From positions 1,550,001 to 1,614,000 of the forward strand of contig MU008161.1 in the NCBI GenBank assembly GCA_010909165.1: 64,000 nt of DNA, in the 5' to 3' direction. The notes beneath the pieces were generated by a model. The model was given only the letters and a program-made list of their open reading frames with translations. It searched no databases and was not told the origin of the DNA. Position 1 is the first letter of the stretch; each line of letters starts with the position of its first letter. Of this stretch, positions 12,234 through 22,527 are shown in pieces. The DNA comes from Anthoceros angustus. Taxonomy: Eukaryota; Plantae; Anthocerotophyta. The translations under genes were made by a program, and so were the position numbers.

Positions 12234-12640
12234 TCAAATCGCCTGCTCCTGCCTTTGGATAATACGCAGATCCTTCCCAGCCGCACTCTCTTTCAGGACC
12301 GTAGAAAAAGACAGACTTGGTGACAAGAAAATCACTGTGTACCAGAACTCCAAGCTGCCCCGCCCACACAGTTCGCTCACACTTTCCGCCGTGACGTCCA
12401 ATTCGAGTTCTGCAGGCCTGAGAGGACCATGATCATCCGCCACTCTCCAGTCGGATTTAGGGGGACGACAAACCATCGGCAAAGGTACTGTACCTGGCGG
12501 CTTCTTTGTCTACCAATCGTTGGGATGAAAAATTTCATCGCCACTAAGGACGGAATGGGGTAATGGACTGATCGGACAAGGACAAAAGAAGAATGTGTTG
12601 AACGTGATGCGCTTTCTCCTTTTGCACTAGCTGCTGACAT
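12234..12640 (-). pseudogene. Degenerate PPR N-terminal fragment (third paralog relic)
   Basis: VTAESVSELCGRG...FSTVLKESAAGKDL resembles VTSETVRELCQQG...FYTVLKQCKARKDL of the adjacent PPR; broken across frames. Confidence 0.5.
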
Positions 12641-13378
12641 CTTATTATCTCCACATGATTACAACTTCCTTCGACAAGATGATCAGAGCACCGGGATTGG
12701 CTTGGCTTCCTCGTAGTCTACCAATCAAGAAACAGTTGTCTTAAAAGGGAAAACCACCTAGGCAAATGATCACACAAGCACGCAAGAGTTCAGAAAGAAT
12801 GGTAAAACAAACGGGAAGGTAAAGCAGACAGGGGAGGCGATTCATACCCTGCAGACGCTCATGGTGTCACATCACGACGTCACGTATGGAGCAACGCGCC
12901 GATGAGAAGCATCACACCCTGGAATGTCCTGCGAGCAGCAAATTATTAGATAGTATCCTCCTGGCTGGTGCAAAGAGGGCGAGCATCCTACTACGTCTCC
13001 ACGTGAAAGCGAAGATCATACATCTAAATCGGCAAGCTCCGCTCGTTTCAGCTGTGGTCAGAGACAACTCCAAACTTGTGCCCACATGGCAAGGTTTTAC
13101 ATTCAGGGGATTTCCCGTCTGTACACTGCGGAATTGGGAGGTCGAAAGATGTTTTGATGCGTCCACACTCTCCTAGTTTTTTCGACATCATCCAAGGCCC
13201 GCCAGTAGGACCTTCGAAGACTAGCAGCTGCGTCATCATCCTGCAGCGCGAGGGTGGGTCATGCGCATCAGAAAAAGGCATCTGTGAAACAACGGGACGC
13301 CCACCTCACCAGAGAGCCAACAAGCTTCACCTCCCTGAGCAAAGCTGGAAGAGAGAAGCAAAGCGAGCAGATGCCGAG

Positions 13379-13714
13379 CTAAACCTGAAAAATTGGCCTT
13401 TTGCCAAGGCGCTTTATTTCTCGATCCAATCTTCCAGTCAACATAAGGCCAAACATCTTGTAGTCACACACAAACGACCACAGCGGGTGATTGAAGGTTG
13501 CTGATGAGTTCCCTTCGATGAAAAGATGGCTGTACCATGCCAAGCCATAGCCAAACAGAGGCGCAAAGATGAAGAGCCACCACTTCACAACAAAGGCAGC
13601 CAGGAAGAAGAGCGTGAACATCCCCGTGCCACAGAAATGCCACCGCCTGGTCGCTGCCTTGGTGTGCTGATTCATGTAGAAAGGCCAGAACTCCTCCAAG
13701 CTTCTGAACTGCAT
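13379..13714 (-). CDS. DUF962 (Mpo1-like) small membrane protein, 111 aa
   Basis: MQFRSLEEFWPFYMNQHTKAATRRWHFCGTG...GYGLAWYSHLFIEGN..ATFNHPLWSFVCDYKMFGLMLTGRLDREIKRLGKRP is the typical short plant DUF962 protein. Confidence 0.9.
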   Translation of the reverse strand: MQFRSLEEFWPFYMNQHTKAATRRWHFCGTGMFTLFFLAAFVVKWWLFIFAPLFGYGLAWYSHLFIEGNSSATFNHPLWSFVCDYKMFGLMLTGRLDREIKRLGKRPIFQV

Positions 13715-14625
13715 CGTCCCGGACTCCACCGCAAGAAACCTCACCTGCCCTGAAAACCCTAGTGCGGGCACCACATCAGGCCAGCGCTCCCGTCCCGGTC
13801 CCGGGGCTCAGATCAAACCATGGCAAGCCGATCACGTCCGCTTCTGCATCCGGAGATTAGTCTCACGCAGTCCTGCGGCTCATCCTTCCGCCGTCCGCCA
13901 CAAACCCAGGCTCTGGGCCCGAACGCAACTCCACCCAACACCAGCACAAGCTGCTTCTCTTGTCAAGAACACCACCTCTGCTGCCACCATGCCCAGCCCG
14001 GGCACCGCCCCCTGCATGCGAGCTTTTGGAAAGTGCGACGACCATTATGCTCCGTTAAACGCCTGATTCCATGATGGACCCAGTTGATGGGGAGGAGTTC
14101 ATGCCTTCTTCGTCCATGTATACATTGCTTCTTGGTTGCCACTTGTCATGTGGTGCGAGGAGGAAAGCACGTGCACATACATTTGCTAACTGCATCGAAG
14201 CTTGGTAACTTGGCACCTGATTTGTTCAGCCTCCTGGTCTGCAGCGCGACCATCTACATATGTATCCTCGGACAAGGACGATCTGTTAGTCTGCTCACAT
14301 CCGAATGCTTCGACCTGTGGTTAGGTTTCACGCCTGCTCCAGCGAGCCATGCCTGCCTGCAGCGTTGCAATTCACGGGCAACAGGATCCTTTGCGGGGAC
14401 AGTTTCTGCGGGCCCAACAAAACAAGTACCTGTTCCTTTGAAGAGGAGCTGACTTCAATGAAGCAACCGTTCGCAAACAGCCCAGTATGGCTTGATCTTC
14501 TCGAGGTGGGCACATCTGGAATCCGCATGGGTCGCGTTGGGAGATGGGTCCTGGCCAGGTGCAGCTCTGGAGCAAGCTCTGGGGCGGGTGGGGGGACCCA
14601 GCATCCGTAGGCTCATGCGAGAGCC

Positions 14626-17600
14626 ATGGCTGTGTGGAGGGTGACAGGTTTGCTGGGAAGGCCCCTCGCCCAGCTGACTTCACGGAAGCAGATGCTGGCA
14701 AACAACGAAGCTGCCAGGTGCAGCATATTGGCGGGAGAGCCAGCCCGTGCGACAGGGGGTCTGGCTGGAATCGGGTCTTCCAGCGACCAGCAGCTCTTGT
14801 GGGAGCAGTTTGCGTCGGACTCTGCATTGTTGGTTCAGGATGGCAGGCAATCGCGGGATTCCCGAAACAGGGAGTCTCAGCAGGTCCTCTGGTTGAACGA
14901 CCGGTACAAGCCGGCAGGGATGGATTCCAAGCTGGCTGCTGGTGCACCTGCTCTTGCGTCCAGCTGGAGCGTGCCGGATGATGGCGTCAGTGAAGTGACG
15001 GCTGGAATCGTGAGAGAACTATGTCAGCAGGGGCAGGTCAGTGAGGCCGTTGAGGCTCTGGGTGTTCTGGTGCATACAGGGTGTTATGTTTCCAAGGCTC
15101 TGTTTTGTACGGTCCTTAAAGAATGTATGGCGCGGAGGGATCTGCCTCTGAGTCGCCGTGTCCATGCTCTCAGTTTGAAGAAAGGGGTTGAGTCCGATAT
15201 GTTCTTGTGCAACCACATTCTGCGAATGTATTCTTCTCATGGCAGGTTGCAGGAAGCTGTGGATGTGTTCACTGAGCTTGCTGAACCAGATGCCTTCGCG
15301 TGGTCTACCATAATTTCTGCGCATGTTAAACAGGGACAAGATAGACAGGCCATACAACTGTATCATCGGATGCGAAGGTCAGACGTGAAGCCAGATGGCC
15401 ATGTGTTTGCCGCGGCTCTCCAGGCCTGTGCAAAGGGAGCGGACTTGAAATCTGGGCAGCTGGTGCATGCTGATGTGTTAGCTGCTGGGGTTGTTCCTGA
15501 TTTGTATGTTCGTAGCTCCTTGGTGGATATGTATGCCAAGTGTGGCAGCTTAGAAGCCGCTAAGAGAGAGTTCAATGAAATTGATAAAAAAAATGTGGTA
15601 ACGTGGAATGCTTTGATAGCTGGGTATGCCCAGCAGGGCCTGGGGCAGGAAGCCCTTGATCTCTACAAGCTTATGCAAAAAGAAGGTATAGTTGCACCTG
15701 ATTCTGTCACATTTTTGGGCCTCCTGCAAGCGTGTGCCCGTCTGGGGCCTCCAGCTTTGGAGAAGGGGAGGGAGCTTCATGTAGAAATTAGAAACCGCAG
15801 GCTTCAAGGTGAATTGTTTGTAGCCGGCAGTGTGGTGAACATGTACGCAAAGTGTGGCAGTCTAGAAGATGCTCGGGGCGTGTTTGATGGACTTGCACAC
15901 AAAGATGTTGTGACGTGGAGTGCCTTGATAACAGGATATTCCCAGCAGGGTAAGGGGCTAGAAGCTTTTCGTCTTCTCAAGGCCATGCAAGAAGAAGGGC
16001 TCACTGCATCCAGCACTGTGACATTTGTGTCCCTCCTGCAGGCATGTGCAAGTGCAGGCTCCCTGGCGTTGGAGAATGGGAAACGCCTTCATGCACAAAT
16101 CAGAGAGCGAGGGCTTCAGGCTCTTGTAGTTGTAGGTGGGAGCCTAGTGAACATGTATGCAAAGTGTGGCAGTCTAGAGGATGCTCGGGCTGTCTTTGAC
16201 GAACTTGGTCACAAAGATGTGGTGACTTGGAATGCCATGATAGCAGGATATTCCCAGCAGGGTCTGGGGCAGGAGGCCCTTCAACTTTACAGGGCTATGG
16301 AAGAAGGTATGACTTCACCTGGTGCTGCAACCTTTGTGTCCCTCCTGCAGGCATGTGCAAGCATGGGGACCCAGGGTTTGGAAGAGGGAAGCATCTTCAT
16401 GCACGTATCAGAGAACAAGGGCTTCAGGGTGATGTAATTGTAAGTGGGAGCCTGTTGACCATGTATGCCAAGTGCGGCAGTCTGGAGGATGCCGAGGCGT
16501 GTTTGACGGATTTCGTCAAAAAAATGTGGTGATGTGGAATGCCATGATCGCAGGATATTCCCAGCAGAGCATGGGGCATGAAGCCCTTGGTCTTTACGAT
16601 GCTATGCAAGAAGAGGGTATGGCTGCACCTAACTCTGTAACATTTTCATCCCTCCTGCAGGCATGCGCAAGTGTGGGCACCCTGGCTTTGGAGAAGGGTA
16701 AGCAGCTTCATGCGCAAATCAGAGAACAAGGACTGCAAGCTGATGTGTTTGTAGGTAGTAGTTTGGTCTACATGTATGCAAAGTGTGGCAGTCTGACGGA
16801 TGCTCGGGCCGTGTTTGACGGGCTTGGTCAAAAAACTGTGGTGACCTGGAGCTCCATGATAGCAGGATATGCCCAGCAGGGCATGGGTCAGGAAGCTCTT
16901 GGTCTTTATGCTGCAATGCAAGAAGAAGGCATGGCTGCCAATTCTGTGACATTTGTGTGCCTGCTGCAGGCATGTGCCAGTGTGGCAGCTTAGAAGCCGC
17001 TAAGAGAGAGTTCAATGAAATTGATAAAAAATGTGGTAACGTGGAATGCTTTGATAGCTGGGTATGCCCAGCAGGGCCTGGGGCAGGAAGCCCTTGATCT
17101 CTACAAGCTTATGCAAAAGAAGGTATAGTTGCACCTGATTCTGTCACATTTTGGGCCTCCTGCAAGCGTGTGCCCGTCTGGGGCCTCCAGCTTTGGAGAA
17201 GGGAGGGAGCTTCATGTAGAAATTAGAAACCGCAGGCTTCAAGGTGAATTGTTTGTAGCCGGCAGTGTGGTGAACATGTACGCAAAGTGTGGCAGTCTAG
17301 AAGATGCTCAGGGCGTGTTTGATGGACTTGCACACAAAGATGTTGTGACGTGGAGTGCCTTGATAACAGGATATTCCCAGCAGGGTAAGGGGCTAGAAGC
17401 TTTTCGTCTTCTCAAGGCCATGCAAGAAGAAGGGCTCACTGCATCCAGCACTGTGACATTTGTGTCCCTCCTGCAGGCATGTGCAAGTGCAGGCTCCTGG
17501 CGTTGGAGAATGGGAAACGCCTTCATGCACAAATCAGAGAGCGAGGGCTTCAGGCTCTTGTAGTTGTAGGTGGGAGCCTAGTGAACATGTATGCAAAGTG

Positions 17601-19506
17601 TGGCAGTCTAGAGGATGCTCGGGCTGTCTTTGACGAACTTGGTCACAAAGATGTGGTGACTTGGAATGCCATGATAGCAGGATATTCCCAGCAGGGTCTG
17701 GGGCAGGAGGCCCTTCAACTTTACAGGGCTATGGAAGAAGGTATGACTTCACCCGGTGCTGCAACCTTTGTGTCCCTCCTGCAGGCATGTGCAAGCATGG
17801 GGACCCAGGGTTTGGAAGAGGGGAAGCATCTTCATGCACGTATCAGAGAACAAGGGCTTCAGGGTGATGTAATTGTAAGTGGGAGCCTGTTGACCATGTA
17901 TGCCAAGTGCGGCAGTCTGGAGGATGCCCGAGGCGTGTTTGACGGATTTCGTCAAAAAAATGTGGTGATGTGGAATGCCATGATCGCAGGATATTCCCAG
18001 CAGAGCATGGGGCATGAAGCCCTTGGTCTTTACGATGCTATGCAAGAAGAGGGTATGGCTGCACCTAACTCTGTAACATTTTCATCCCTCCTGCAGGCAT
18101 GCGCAAGTGTGGGCACCCTGGCTTTGGAGAAGGGTAAGCAGCTTCATGCGCAAATCAGAGAACAAGGACTGCAAGCTGATGTGTTTGTAGGTAGTAGTTT
18201 GGTCTACATGTATGCAAAGTGTGGCAGTCTGACGGATGCTCGGGCCGTGTTTGACGGGCTTGGTCAAAAAACTGTGGTGACCTGGAGCTCCATGATAGCA
18301 GGATATGCCCAGCAGGGCATGGGTCAGGAAGCTCTTGGTCTTTATGCTGCAATGCAAGAAGAAGGCATGGCTGCCAATTCTGTGACATTTGTGTGCCTGC
18401 TGCAGGCATGTGCCAGTGTGGGCAGCTCGGCTTTGGAGAAGGGCAAGCAGATTCATGCGCAGATTCGAGAACGAGGTTTTGAGTCTGATCTTGTTATAGG
18501 GGGGAGCCTCGTAAACATGTATGCAAAGTGTGGCAGTGTAGAGGATGCTCGAGGTGTATTTGACACTCTCCCTAAAAAAAATGTGGTGACATGGACTGCC
18601 ATGATAGCAGGATATTCTCAGACGGGCATGGGGCGGGAAGCCATTAGTCTGTACAGGGCCATGCAAGAGGAGGGCGTGGCTGCACCCGATTGTGTGACAT
18701 TTGTATGTCTCCTCCAGGCATGTGCAACTGTGGCCGCTTTGCATCTGGGCGTGCAGCTTCATGCACAGATAAAGGAACAAGGGCTTCAATCTGATGTGCT
18801 TATAGCGGGCAGCTTGATACACATGTATGGGAAGTGCGGTAGCATGGTAGCCGCACAGCAGGTGTTTGAGGAAATGCCCGAAAAGGGTGTCGTCATCTGG
18901 AATGCACTGATCGCTGGATACGCTCGCCAAGGAGACAGTCAAGCAGTCTTTGCCTTGATTTCTAGAATGAATAAAGAAGGCATACAGCCAGACGGCGTCA
19001 CATTCCTCAGTGTATTAACAGCATGCAGTCATACAGGGGAAGTGAATAAGGGGCGAGATTACTTTGACACTATGAGCAGACACTATGGCATCATGCCTAC
19101 GGCTGACCATTACACATGCATGGTGGATCTCATGAGTCGTGCAGGAAAACTGGATGAGGCACTAGTCTGGATAGGGGCAATGCCCGTCGTGCCTAATGCT
19201 TCAGTTTGGCACACGCTATTGAACGCATGTCGAAAGTGGAGCAATGTAGAGGTGGGACGCCATGCTTTCCAAGAAGCAATGAAGCTAGACAGCAAAGACG
19301 CCTCAGCATATGTGTTGATGTCCAACATATACACCAATGCCGATAAGTGGGAGCAGGCACAGGATCTGCAAGCGAGGAGGAGAGGAATTGGTGCCTGGAA
19401 ACAGCCGGGCCAGAGCTGGTGGACGGACGTGGAGGGGCTGGTCCACAGCTTTTGTGTCGGGGACAAGAATCATCCGGAGGCTGAAACGGGCCTTCTCCAA
19501 TCATGA
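14626..19506 (+). CDS. PLS-class PPR editing factor (E+, WW-type), paralog of 8582-12022; as assembled it is broken by a 1.44-kb internal tandem duplication with frameshifts
   Basis: ORF pieces 14626-16437, 16472-16993, 17129-17563 and 17479-19506. N-terminus MAVWRVTGLLGRPLAQLTSR; C-terminus PGQSWWTDVEGLVHSFCVGDKNHPE. Collapsing the duplication gives 3447 nt (1148 aa, 26 motifs). Confidence 0.85.
15541..18416 (+). repeat. Tandem duplication of a ~1442-bp PPR segment (15541-16980 and 16981-18416)
   Basis: TGTGGCAGCTTAGAAGCCGCTAAGAGAGAG begins both copies. The differences I found are homopolymer deletions and 2 substitutions. Confidence 0.95.
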
Positions 19507-19730
19507 TGAATGAAATGAAAATGTTCCACGACTGGGCTCGTTATCACGCCACAGATCTGATGGTGGAGAAGCCAGCCGGCCATAGCACATGCCCTACAAA
19601 CCATGTACCCGAGGAGGGCAGAGACTTATTGTGAAATCTGCGGGCCACCTGGGAGCACTGCTACCTGCAGCGATGACAGACGGATTCTTGTGTGCAACAC
19701 TCGAGGCCGGGAAGGCTGGCTGACTGGTAT
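19507..19730 (+). pseudogene. Decayed DYW-domain relic downstream of the PPR stop codon
   Basis: Across frames: EKPA / AIAHALQT / PEEGRDLL*NLRATWEHC / RRILVCNTRGR, co-linear with the DYW consensus EKLAIAFGL..P.G..I..NLRVC.DCH...REI.VRD. Confidence 0.4.
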
Positions 19731-20247
19731 GTTCAGACAGACATTTCATGCACTTCATGCATGTCTCTGTGCCTTAAGTGCACGCATTTGACATGTTGCT
19801 TGATTTTGCAGAGGTTTACGGTGGCTGAACTGCAACGACTACGTCTCGAATAACCAGTTCGTAAAGACGTTGTCCAAGATTTACCCTTAACGTCTAAGAC
19901 CTCCAATATATAGATACGGCTTAGGGCTTTGCCATCCTGCATCTTTGTATGTGGTCGCAGCTACCTTTGCCTGCGGTCGCTGCGAATAGATGTCACATGC
20001 TTTGCCTCGTATCTGACGGGCGACATTATGCAAAGGTTGTAACTGTATCGAATACATTTTCCTATGTCTCTTTCACACCGCACGCGTGCAGTCACAAAGC
20101 AGCGATGGACTGTGCCCGCAAGTGCTTTTAGATCCGCGAGGTAACGGTTCGAAACTGGGAATCCCATTGGTCGGAACACAAATTCGGTGACCATGATCCT
20201 GTTGTCTTCCTCCTGCTAACCTATCCGTCGACCGGCTTGAGCTACTG

Positions 20248-22035
20248 TCAGCTCCTTTCCGGTAAAACAGTGGAGGCCGCTTTAACCAGCATTTCAAGAG
20301 CGGGTGGGACAGCCTGCGCGCATTGCTGCAACAAATCCACTAGCTGTTCTGCAAGAGGGGCCATACCACCAGAGCAGATGCTGTACACCCTCCCATGGAT
20401 GGTCTCACTGGACATGCCTGTGAGCACAATACAGTATGCCGAGAAGCTGGAAGGGAAATCGTAGAAGATGACGTTGGAAACATTGATTGATTTCAGGGGG
20501 AAGCGGCCCAGCATGCTCTCTACCAACACGAGAGTATCCACCTCGCCTTCCTGGAACTTCTTCACCACTGGAAGATCTGCCAGCTCCTGTTGTTCTTTAC
20601 AGGCTGTTAAATCCTCTACGCTCAACCCTGCCTGAAGCATAGAAGCAAAGAGGTTTGGCACGTTCTCTCTGCGCTTAAGAACCACCAACATCCTAGGACC
20701 GGACCTAGACTGCACTTGCCGAGTTCTCACTTCCTCGAGAATCTTGTCAAACTTGACAAGTTTCTTGTTGTCATGGATCACCACGGAGACAGCTTGTGTA
20801 ATGCAAGCACTTCGCAAGGCCGTTGAGCTGTAGGATGTGACTCTGACAACAGGGTCCTTCATGAATAGCCGAGCAGTTCTGACGACGTTGCCAGGAAAGG
20901 CCTTACTGAGAACAACCATCTGCCTGCTGGAGTGCACAGTGGCTTCGATTCTAATGAGCTCTGACTCGAAGCCTTGAGCCAGCATGTCATCTAAACCATC
21001 CAAGACCAGAAACGATACCCCCGTCAGCTTGAGGGCATCCAGAGCCACGAGCTCGCAGAGTCTTTCTGGTGTTGCTACAATCATTTCCGGTGTCTGTGCT
21101 TGTAGACCTTCCAATTGTCGATCAATACCCGTGCCTGTGTGCACTCCTACACACGATATCTGCAGCAACTTCTTCAACACCTTCGCAGCAAGCCTCACCT
21201 GCTGCACCTGATCCTGCGAGGCAACCAGAATTACTGCAACGGGCTTCTTGTCAGAGGCTGCCACACCACGACCCACAATATGAGCAGCGGCGGCAGGAAT
21301 GTAACACAGCATCCTCTTCTCCGGAGCCAGCTCAAACGCTCCCAAGACATCAAGACCTCTTCCGCACGCGCTCCAGCACTGCTTCTCTAACTTCCCACCC
21401 ATGCCCCCCGAATTTGCTGACAAAATGCCATGCAGAGATATCTGAAATGCCAGCCCTGCAGCCTTGTCCTCCTTCAAGTTCCTAATGTTAGCATCAGCCG
21501 GGGGCTTGGATGTGTTGGCTCGCCACACAAATCTGGAAGGCACATGTCCATTGCCTGAAGGCAGAACACTTTTCTTCACTGCACCCTCAACCAAATCAAG
21601 ACCTGTTCGCTGTGGCTTCCCTATCCCCCCTCCTCCAGCCTGCGTCTCTACAAAACTGTGAAGCCCCTCAATCAGCTGTTCCACTTTCCGCCGCTTCCTG
21701 GACGTGGCATCCTCGTCAACTTTCTCCTGCCCCTTGCCCTGCACCCCTTCATCTCTTTTCCTCTTGATTGCCCTGATCCCTTCAGAAGGCGGAGCATCCT
21801 CGCCATTGCCCCTCTTCTTCTTTTGCTTACTGGACCCTGTGTCGTTGAAGGGATCCTGGGGAGTAGGCAGGGTGTAGCACATCCCCTCACATTTTCGCCG
21901 CGTCCCGAGCTTCCGCCTCCGCCGATGCTCTTGTGTTCCTTGCACAGCTTCAGCAGTGTCTGCCCCAGCCCTCCTTGCCCTCTTCCGGACCGCCTTGTTT
22001 CGCTTCTTCAACAGAGCATCGTCCCCCTTCGCCAT
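20248..22035 (-). CDS. DEAD-box-like protein with degenerate catalytic motifs and basic N-terminus (At2g28600-like), 595 aa
   Basis: MAKGDDALLKKRNKAVRKR...RRKCEGMCYTLPTPQDPFND; IVATPERL; LVLDGLDDML in place of DEAD; no GKT, SAT or HRIGR motifs. Confidence 0.85.
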   Translation of the reverse strand: MAKGDDALLKKRNKAVRKRARRAGADTAEAVQGTQEHRRRRKLGTRRKCEGMCYTLPTPQDPFNDTGSSKQKKKRGNGEDAPPSEGIRAIKRKRDEGVQGKGQEKVDEDATSRKRRKVEQLIEGLHSFVETQAGGGGIGKPQRTGLDLVEGAVKKSVLPSGNGHVPSRFVWRANTSKPPADANIRNLKEDKAAGLAFQISLHGILSANSGGMGGKLEKQCWSACGRGLDVLGAFELAPEKRMLCYIPAAAAHIVGRGVAASDKKPVAVILVASQDQVQQVRLAAKVLKKLLQISCVGVHTGTGIDRQLEGLQAQTPEMIVATPERLCELVALDALKLTGVSFLVLDGLDDMLAQGFESELIRIEATVHSSRQMVVLSKAFPGNVVRTARLFMKDPVVRVTSYSSTALRSACITQAVSVVIHDNKKLVKFDKILEEVRTRQVQSRSGPRMLVVLKRRENVPNLFASMLQAGLSVEDLTACKEQQELADLPVVKKFQEGEVDTLVLVESMLGRFPLKSINVSNVIFYDFPSSFSAYCIVLTGMSSETIHGRVYSICSGGMAPLAEQLVDLLQQCAQAVPPALEMLVKAASTVLPERS

Positions 22036-22065
22036 CTCCCCTTACGCATCCCAGCGACTCGCTCC

Positions 22066-22074
22066 AAACCCTAA
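22066..22074. promoter_or_regulatory. Telo-box (AAACCCTAA) ~30 bp upstream of the DEAD-like ATG
   Basis: Exact motif present. Telo-boxes are typical of plant ribosome-biogenesis/translation genes. Function not demonstrated. Confidence 0.4.
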
Positions 22075-22422
22075 TACATCCCGATTTCAACGTCAGACAC
22101 AGCTGACACACAGTGTTTCATGATCCCATAGCCACAGCCAAATGGGATGGAGAGCTACTGGAGGAGCCAAAACCTAAACCTATTCTGCGAGAGCTGATCT
22201 CACATGCAAGCAGCCGGGCGAGCAGGACAACGCCAAGTGAGACAAAGAGACGATTCCCTGAAATTGTGGCGCACAGAGCTCGTGAGTCAGATGCAGCAGA
22301 AGGGGCGCGCTTGCAATAAGCGCTCCAGGAGCTTCTCCCGCACCCGGCTAGCTATTGAAGGAGCCTGACCTCAATGCGACAGCTTCAAGCCTGCTGATCA
22401 TCCCTGCTTGCCTGCTTGCTTG

Positions 22423-22520
22423 CCAGCCTCGAGCCTCGCAGCGCAAAGCAGTCCAGCCTCGAGCCTCGCAGCGCAAAGCAGTCCAGCCTCGAGCCTCGCA
22501 GCTCAAACCAGTCCAGCCTC
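22423..22520. repeat. 30-bp tandem repeat x3.3 (CCAGCCTCGAGCCTCGCAGCGCAAAGCAGT) immediately 5' of the PEAMT ATG
   Basis: Units start at 22423, 22453 and 22483, with a partial unit at 22513. Confidence 0.9.
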
Positions 22521-22527
22521 CTGCACC

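Noticed and set aside
14626-19506. A genuinely giant or split PPR gene cluster of four genes
   Set aside because: The four ORF pieces are explained by one gene plus a 1.44-kb duplication with homopolymer frameshifts.
19560-19590. DYW:KP (U-to-C editing) signature from 'EKPA'
   Set aside because: The KP-type motif replaces the PG box at the domain start; both proteins here have PGQSWW. EKPA aligns with the (HS)EKLA position of a decayed domain.
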